Shown here one piece after another: positions 47,762 to 53,302 of a stretch of 53,302 nucleotides of DNA. The notes beneath the pieces are model-generated. The model was not told where the DNA came from. It worked only from the letters and a program-made list of their open reading frames with translations, and searched no databases. A program made the position numbers and the translations under genes. The stretch's first letter is position 1; every line of letters begins with the position of its first letter. Source of the stretch: Candidatus Berkelbacteria bacterium (GTDB lineage Bacteria; Patescibacteriota; UBA1384; CAILIB01); NCBI GenBank assembly GCA_043751595.1, contig JAYUZR010000021.1, positions 1-53,302 of the forward strand, read 5' to 3'.

Positions 47762-48747
47762 GCTTTTGTGGTAGTACGGCGCCAGTAGGAGCCGGATCCA
47801 ACTAAGATAACTCCGGCAGCCAGCAGAATAAATGGCCAAGCGGTAACCCCTGGGAAATAGGCCGCAGAGATCTTGATAAGATAAGCCACTACCGCAAATA
47901 CGGTTGGGATAAATACCACTAACAGTTTGCGACTAATACTTACTCGTGCCAAAAGGGCGATAATAAATGGAGTAGCCACATCCCAAACCGAGCGCATTTC
48001 ATTACTGTAACCACGAGAGATAAGGAAGATAAAGAGCCCAACAGTGCCAATAATCGCCATAATTGGACTGAGTACCGCTCCCATTTTCTTTGGTGCCTGC
48101 ATCGCTAGGTACAGATACGAGATAGCAATGGCTACTAGATAAAAATCGTAGTAATCGGAAGTTGTAGTAAGTACCTGCAACACTGAGAAATATCCCGAGA
48201 TAGCCAAGGCTGTAGCTGAGGCAATGGCAAAGGCACGGAAAATAAGGCGATTATGCGCTTTTACTGCAATACCGTAGCCAATAGTCATCCCAAGCGCGAT
48301 GAGCGTTGTAAGGTGGAGAAGATTTACCTGTAACTGTAGGCTAGAAAAAATAAGAGGAATAGCTACCGGAGTAAGAAGTCCGGCAATAATAGAGAAGGTA
48401 CTATTAAGCGCCCTTGTTTCCTTGTTTTGATAAAGAGCGACCAATACAAAAGGGCCAACCCATAGACTAAGAATCATACACAACTGTCCCACCACACCCA
48501 GGAGAGACCAAAAGTTAGCAAGTACCGCAGTTACCCCCACGAGGAGAACAACAATACCTACCAAGGTGAGCGCTCCCCTAGGAGATTGCTCAAAGCCTTC
48601 GGATTGCAGCTCGTCCATGTAATCGGCTTGAGTGGCATCGATCAGCTGGCTGGAGCTGGAATGATAGCTGTTTGCTAGCTTGCGTAATTGATCGGGAGTA
48701 ATCTCACCGCTGGCAAGAAGATGTTCAATCGTTGTTTGCGCATCCAT
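47758..48747 (-). CDS. hypothetical polytopic membrane protein
   Basis: Soluble N-terminal ~60 aa, then about 9 TM helices. Converges on and overlaps the previous gene by 4 nt. Confidence 0.5.
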   Translation of the reverse strand: MDAQTTIEHLLASGEITPDQLRKLANSYHSSSSQLIDATQADYMDELQSEGFEQSPRGALTLVGIVVLLVGVTAVLANFWSLLGVVGQLCMILSLWVGPFVLVALYQNKETRALNSTFSIIAGLLTPVAIPLIFSSLQLQVNLLHLTTLIALGMTIGYGIAVKAHNRLIFRAFAIASATALAISGYFSVLQVLTTTSDYYDFYLVAIAISYLYLAMQAPKKMGAVLSPIMAIIGTVGLFIFLISRGYSNEMRSVWDVATPFIIALLARVSISRKLLVVFIPTVFAVVAYLIKISAAYFPGVTAWPFILLAAGVILVGSGSYWRRTTTKA

Positions 48748-48749
48748 GG

Positions 48750-49274
48750 CTATCGCTTAACCCAGCCTAGGACCTGATTAGTAGAGCCGAAGTAGTAATA
48801 AGCACTACCACTTGGAATAGGATAATTCTTCCCATCTTTAACAATGGTTAGACCACTACTGCGAGATGGCATATCAAATAACCAAGAGCCACCACCACTA
48901 GTTGGTGAGTACACTCTAAACTCGCTGCCATCGGGCGCGGTAAGACCTGCAGTAAAGGCACGGCTTCCGAGTCCCTCGACACTAACAGTCTCCTGAATGC
49001 CTTCTTCTACATCAATGATAGTCATTGTTGCACTTTGGCACATAGAATAGCTTGGGTACTGGATAGATGTGGTATCCTCTGCCCTCCTTACTAGCTTGCC
49101 GCCGGAAACAGAAAAACAGCCAGAGCCATCGGTGCTAACCACGGGGTTATACTGCAAGGTAGTCCGCTGAGACTTAGCAATAAGAGCAGGAACAATGGTA
49201 ACCACAAAGAGCAATGCCGGCAGACCAAAAGCCAAGACGAATGGGTTTTTTATCGAGATCGAAGTCTTCATCAA
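48750..49274 (-). CDS. hypothetical exported protein
   Basis: N-terminal TM/signal (FVLAFGLPALLFVVTIVPALIA), tightly coupled to the downstream membrane-protein gene. Confidence 0.5.
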   Translation of the reverse strand: MMKTSISIKNPFVLAFGLPALLFVVTIVPALIAKSQRTTLQYNPVVSTDGSGCFSVSGGKLVRRAEDTTSIQYPSYSMCQSATMTIIDVEEGIQETVSVEGLGSRAFTAGLTAPDGSEFRVYSPTSGGGSWLFDMPSRSSGLTIVKDGKNYPIPSGSAYYYFGSTNQVLGWVKR

Positions 49275-49313
49275 ATGCCACTACTAATAGTGGCCGTACT
49301 ATACTCTAATTAT

Positions 49314-49347
49314 GAAGAGCCCAGTAGAGGTATCTACTGGGCTCTTC
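49314..49347 (-). terminator. strong hairpin after typA (no clear U-tract)
   Basis: 14-bp stem GAAGAGCCCAGTAG/CTACTGGGCTCTTC. Confidence 0.5.
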
Positions 49348-49356
49348 GGGAACCGA

Positions 49357-51177
49357 CTAGTTGTTGCGAGAACGCTTGCGCAGGGTAGGATCGAGAATCT
49401 TTTTGCGAAGACGTAGGCTGGTTGGAGTCGCTTCGAGAAGCTCATCTTCTTCCAGGAAATCGAGACACTGCTCCAGGCTATAAATAGTTGGAGGAGTAAG
49501 CTGCACTGAAATATCGGCGTTGGAGCGAACATTAGTCTGCTTCTTCTCTTTGGTAACATTAATCTCGATATCGTCTTCGCGAGTATTAAGACCAATAATC
49601 ATGCTTTGATAGACCTCGGTTCCAGCACCGATAAAGGCAGTTCCGCGGTTTTGTACTACCTCTAGGCTGTAAGCAAAGGCCTTGCCGCCTTCACTTGCCA
49701 AAAGCACGCCGTTGCGTGAGCGAGGAATCGCCTGACCGACTGGCACCCAACGAAGGAACAAGCTACTAAGGGCGGCTGTTCCACGAGAAAGGGTAAGGAG
49801 TTGGCTACGAAGACCAATCAGACCGCGAGTACTAATCTCGAAGGTAAGACGGGTGGTGCCGTCGCTCTGCTCTTCTTGTGATTGCAAGATTCCGCGACGG
49901 CGGCCAACTTCTCCGGTAACGCTACCCACATAATCGGAAGCAACATCAACCGTAAGCTCTTCAAGAGGCTCGCTCATTACTCCATCAATTTCTTGCGTGA
50001 TTACCTGAGGCTTACCAACTTCTAGCTCGAAGTTTTCGCGGCGAAGGGTTTCGATAAATACCGAAAGGTGCAGCTCACCACGGCCAGCCAAAATAAACTC
50101 GGTACCTTCTCCTGGGAAAAGGCGCATCGAAACATTGGTCTCAAGTTCGCGCTTGATACGGTCGAGTAGCTGACGACTGGTTACAAACTTTCCTTCGCGG
50201 CCAGCCATTGGGCTGGAATTTGCCGCGATCGCCATCTTAAGGGTTGGAGCCTCAACGGTAAGGCGAGGAAGTGCTTCTTGGTTTTGAGTATCAGAAACGG
50301 TGTCGCCAATTTTAGCGTTTTTGATGCCGCTAATGGCGATAATATCGCCGGCGAAGGCCTGAGGCACTTCTACGCGCTTAAGACCCTGGCTTACGTACAC
50401 TTTTTCTACGCGAGACTGAGAAGAAACGCCGTCTTCTTGCAGAAGGGCAACCATCTGGCCCTGCTGAACGTTTCCGCGGTGGAGGCGACCCATCACCAAA
50501 GGACCCTGATACATATCTGCCTCAAGGTTACTTACAACCATCTGCAAAGTACCTTCGAGGGTTACCTTAGGGGCAGGCACAAACTCAAGGATGCCTTCAA
50601 AAATAGGGGCAAGAGTAGCTTCTTCTGAAGCATCGGCCGGCATATCGTTCCAGGCCTTGCCTTCGCGACCAATAGCATAAAATACTGGGAACTCTAACTG
50701 ATCCATATCGGTGGCAAGATCGAGGAACAAATCGTGCGTGCGGTTAAGTACCCACTCTACACGAGCGTCGCGCTTATCAATCTTATTAACCACTACCATC
50801 ATCTTAAGACCGAGTGCCAACGCCTTTTTCAGTACAAACTTAGTCTGTGGCATGGGGCCTTCTTGTGCATCTACAACCAGGATGGCACCATCAGCCATAC
50901 CAAGGGTGCGCTCTACTTCACCACCAAAATCGGCGTGCCCTGGAGTATCGATGATATTAATCTTGATACCCTTATAAGCAACAGCCGTGTTTTTAGCCAA
51001 AATAGTAATGCCGCGCTCGCGCTCTTGATCGTTACTATCCATAATAAGCGACTGCGACATAGCCGCCTCGTTCTCGCGGAAGGTGCCAGCTTGCTTAAGC
51101 AGGCCATCTACCAAGGTAGTTTTACCGTGGTCTACGTGAGCAATAATCGCCACGTTTCTAAGGGTTGGAATGGACAT
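49357..51177 (-). CDS. typA: translational GTPase TypA/BipA
   Basis: [37 protein letters not shown]-like domain order; 606 aa. Confidence 0.92.
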   Translation of the reverse strand: MSIPTLRNVAIIAHVDHGKTTLVDGLLKQAGTFRENEAAMSQSLIMDSNDQERERGITILAKNTAVAYKGIKINIIDTPGHADFGGEVERTLGMADGAILVVDAQEGPMPQTKFVLKKALALGLKMMVVVNKIDKRDARVEWVLNRTHDLFLDLATDMDQLEFPVFYAIGREGKAWNDMPADASEEATLAPIFEGILEFVPAPKVTLEGTLQMVVSNLEADMYQGPLVMGRLHRGNVQQGQMVALLQEDGVSSQSRVEKVYVSQGLKRVEVPQAFAGDIIAISGIKNAKIGDTVSDTQNQEALPRLTVEAPTLKMAIAANSSPMAGREGKFVTSRQLLDRIKRELETNVSMRLFPGEGTEFILAGRGELHLSVFIETLRRENFELEVGKPQVITQEIDGVMSEPLEELTVDVASDYVGSVTGEVGRRRGILQSQEEQSDGTTRLTFEISTRGLIGLRSQLLTLSRGTAALSSLFLRWVPVGQAIPRSRNGVLLASEGGKAFAYSLEVVQNRGTAFIGAGTEVYQSMIIGLNTREDDIEINVTKEKKQTNVRSNADISVQLTPPTIYSLEQCLDFLEEDELLEATPTSLRLRKKILDPTLRKRSRNN

Positions 51178-51285
51178 GAAACAACAAAAAGATTAGCAGC
51201 AGGTGCCCACAAGAGTAGGCGTACCGTTCGTTTCTACAGGGTTATGGTGTTGAAAGCAATACCAACACCAGTAAATGTGAGGCGA

Positions 51286-51921
51286 CTACCCTCCTTCCCC
51301 TAGTACCATTTCCTCCAACTCTTTTAAAAACTCCCCCCTTTCTTCGGGCCCATATCCTCGTGCGGTAAAATACAGTTCTTCCAGCCTGCGCAAGTAGGCT
51401 AATCCTTGCACTTTTTGTGCGCCATCTTCCAGGAAGGCTAAGCTGGCAGCCAGCTTAGCCGCGTTATAGTTTTTCTTCCATTCCCCTCCCGCCTCACCTT
51501 CGAAAGCTTCGGGTAGATCGAGATGTACTGGGTTATTACGTGCGTCCACACCAGTGTTAGCCAGATCTTTTTGCAGTGAAATACCAAGTGGGATAAGCGC
51601 ATCAACCTTTGCATCGGCTTGTTTGTATTGCTCTACAGTATAGTTTTGCCCCACCCGCTCCACAGCGAGTCTGCGATTTGTGACATCGACCGCCTGAAGG
51701 CGTGGGAAGGTGTTTGGGTGTAGCGTATTTACCAAGGCAACCAAATAGTACCGTGCCTTAAGCGAGTATTCAGTGAACTGGGCCTGAGTTGCTAAATCGT
51801 GGCCATACTTTAGCTGGGCGTACGCCTTGGTTTTGTCGCTTGGGTGTTCGTACACTATTTTCTGACCACCCCGTCCTAGCTCTGGAGCGTCGGGTGAAAA
51901 GTCTTTGAAGAGTTCGGGCAT
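51286..51921 (-). CDS. hypothetical protein, possible atypical kinase-like (YrbL-like) N-terminus
   Basis: The glycine loop + Lys pattern LGRGGQKIVYEHPSDKTKAYAQLK resembles, from memory, the YrbL-type pattern LGxGxxRxxYxHPxD...IK. The assignment is weak. Confidence 0.35.
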   Translation of the reverse strand: MPELFKDFSPDAPELGRGGQKIVYEHPSDKTKAYAQLKYGHDLATQAQFTEYSLKARYYLVALVNTLHPNTFPRLQAVDVTNRRLAVERVGQNYTVEQYKQADAKVDALIPLGISLQKDLANTGVDARNNPVHLDLPEAFEGEAGGEWKKNYNAAKLAASLAFLEDGAQKVQGLAYLRRLEELYFTARGYGPEERGEFLKELEEMVLGEGG

Positions 51922-51985
51922 GGGGTTAGTTTAGCATGAAGAGATCAAAATGAGCCGGGCATAGCCGCGGCTCATTTCGTTTTTC

Positions 51986-52465
51986 TCACAGAACATCTCT
52001 TAAATAGAGGCCTTCTTCCGCATAGCGACCGTGCCACTTTTTGCCATGATCCTCACAGACATGCAAAAAGTAGATAGTGCCATTCAAGTTGCATAATGCT
52101 TTCCGACTAGCCTGAGCAGTACAGCCCGCGATCATGCAGAACTGCGTGACATCCAACACGCCGGCCTCATTCCACGTCCTCCCCCACATCGGCCCCTCTC
52201 TGCCGAACAGAATAACCACCCAGTGCCTCGGGAGCCACTCCGTATCTACTTGCAGATCCTCATCAGCAAAGCGAATGGTTCGGTTTTCTATACTTGAATA
52301 GTCAGCCCCGAAGAAGGAACGGTACGGTTCCCCGAATACAACCAACCACGGACCATCTTCATTACCATCATCCTGAAATGCTGAGACTTGGCCCTGCATC
52401 CCATTGTACTTATCGGGGTGCAAAATGGTTACAATTACACCAACGGCGAGCGCTTTATTTTCCAC
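51986..52465 (-). CDS. hypothetical protein with C-terminal Cys/His cluster
   Basis: 159-aa ORF; the C-terminal CMIAGC...CNL...HVCEDH suggests metal binding. No family recognised. Confidence 0.4.
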   Translation of the reverse strand: MENKALAVGVIVTILHPDKYNGMQGQVSAFQDDGNEDGPWLVVFGEPYRSFFGADYSSIENRTIRFADEDLQVDTEWLPRHWVVILFGREGPMWGRTWNEAGVLDVTQFCMIAGCTAQASRKALCNLNGTIYFLHVCEDHGKKWHGRYAEEGLYLRDVL

Positions 52466-52565
52466 GCTTACTACCTACCTTTCTCGCGAATGCGATGGTC
52501 GGACTATAGCGATACCCGCTGCAAAAGCAAGAAAAAAACCAACACGGAACAGAATCTGCTCCGTG

Positions 52566-53072
52566 TTAAATTTTTAACCTAAGCTGCCGAGGGTCGACCT
52601 CGATGAGTGAGTCAAATCCATCTTCAATCTTGGGAAGGTCTTCCCAGTAGTGCTTGAAATCTCGCTCCATGAACGATCGCGTCCAGGATTCGCCGCCACC
52701 TCGTCTAATTAACTGATCTACAGCCAACTTCATCGGTGTTATGAATTGCCAGCCAATAATGATACCAAAGCCGGCAAGCCTCAGTTTCTCGCAGAGATTC
52801 TTCCTTCCCGCAGAACCCATATTGAAACAGTCCAGGATGAGCGCGCTGCACTCACCTGCTGCAGCTGCAGCGACTCGTTCCCACATTTCCTTAAAGACAT
52901 ATAGGTGCTCGTTAGTGTAAGGGTTGAATCCCATACAGTCAGGGCCGAGCAACTCTTTCATGATTTGATCTCTAGAGACATAGTCCCAATCAGGATTCTC
53001 TGCGATCCTTTCCTCAGAGTACCAACTCTTACCAGCTCCCTGGGGACCAATGGTTATAATGGCAATCTTCAC
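52566..53072 (-). CDS. P-loop kinase resembling the kinase domain of T4 polynucleotide kinase (AAA_33-like), no phosphatase domain
   Basis: MKIAIITIGPQGAGKSWYSEERIAENPDWDYVSRDQ parallels, from memory, T4 Pnk [34 protein letters not shown]. A later LILDCFN...IRRGG parallels VIISDTN...SKRG. Confidence 0.6.
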   Translation of the reverse strand: MKIAIITIGPQGAGKSWYSEERIAENPDWDYVSRDQIMKELLGPDCMGFNPYTNEHLYVFKEMWERVAAAAAGECSALILDCFNMGSAGRKNLCEKLRLAGFGIIIGWQFITPMKLAVDQLIRRGGGESWTRSFMERDFKHYWEDLPKIEDGFDSLIEVDPRQLRLKI

Positions 53073-53130
53073 TCAAGGCTCCTTTGTTTTTCTTCTCTAT
53101 ACCAGAAAATAGAGATGATACCAGATCAGA

Positions 53131-53145
53131 TGGGCGCACCTAGAT
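53131..53145 (-). repeat. orphan copy of the 3' end of the adjacent tRNA
   Basis: TGGGCGCACCTAGAT compared with TGGGCGCACCTGGAT at 53279-53293: 11 exact, 14/15 overall. Direct orientation, 148 bp away. Confidence 0.6.
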
Positions 53146-53244
53146 GACGCAATGCTTTGCAGGCTTAGCTGCATCTCTCCTATTCCTTTGGTAGATGCAG
53201 AACGAACCGGTGCGGTTTCAAATCAAGGCACGCTTCGCACATAC

Positions 53245-53275
53245 AAAAAGACCCTCCAGAGGAGGGTCTTTTTGT
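53245..53275. terminator. bidirectional terminator immediately 3' of the partial tRNA
   Basis: AGACCCTCC-aga-GGAGGGTCT flanked by A5 and T5. Confidence 0.75.
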
Positions 53276-53302
53276 ATGGTGGGCGCACCTGGATTCGAAC
53301 CG
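53276..53302 (-). tRNA. tRNA gene, 3' portion only (runs off the window), CCA encoded; identity undetermined
   Basis: Minus strand reads CGGTTCGAATCCAGGTGCGCCCACCA, i.e. T-loop, T-stem, acceptor 3' strand, then ACCA. Confidence 0.7.

Noticed and set aside
53055-53060. A perfect TATAAT on the + strand upstream of the second tRNA-associated module, considered as its promoter.
   Set aside because: It lies inside the N-terminal codons of the Pnk-like gene (antisense of the I-I-T codons) and has only a weak -35, so it is probably coincidental.

Overview
This is a gene-dense bacterial chromosomal segment read in the standard genetic code. By inference only, its content resembles a small-genome CPR/Patescibacteria-type organism. 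Layout:

- **0.8-16.7 kb:** one long minus-strand division/cell-wall (dcw) operon, mraZ-ftsL-ftsI-murF-mraY-murD-ftsW-murG-murC-murB-(second murB-like)-ftsQ. It runs straight on into recJ and radA.
- **16.9-25.4 kb:** housekeeping genes (glyQS, a GT2 glycosyltransferase, recO, mutM, a yvcK-like gene, a PadR regulator), mixed with small orphan membrane-protein genes.
- **25.46-28.92 kb:** a minus-strand 23S-5S rRNA unit with no adjacent 16S. The 23S is split in the peptidyl-transferase centre by a 346-nt ORF-less group I intron.
- **29.3-32.7 kb:** an mgtA-like P-type ATPase and a metallophosphoesterase.
- **32.7-45 kb:** an accessory-looking stretch. It holds GIY-YIG, HIT and XRE genes, a split PEP-utilising phosphotransferase cassette with a TrmB regulator, AlkD-like, NUDIX and AlaX genes, a nucleotidyltransferase, a fused terpene-synthase-like protein and a NYN-domain gene.
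- **45.2-53.3 kb:** tRNA-Ala, a PrsW-like protease, a GT-C glycosyltransferase, membrane proteins, typA/bipA, three orphan genes including a T4-Pnk-like kinase, and the 3' end of a second tRNA.

The most unusual signals are:

- the 23S intron, whose last nucleotide reads A rather than the canonical G;
- the tandem divergent MurB paralogues;
- phased AAGTGG repeats over the predicted mraZ promoter;
- both tRNA genes being followed about 145 bp downstream by a copy of their own 3' end, with a similarly structured module in between;
- two copies of a promoter-like plus hairpin module bracketing the NYN gene.

No CRISPR array, integrase or transposase was recognised. RNA ends and promoter calls are approximate (about +/-10-20 nt). 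All protein family calls rest on motifs read by eye, not on database searches.
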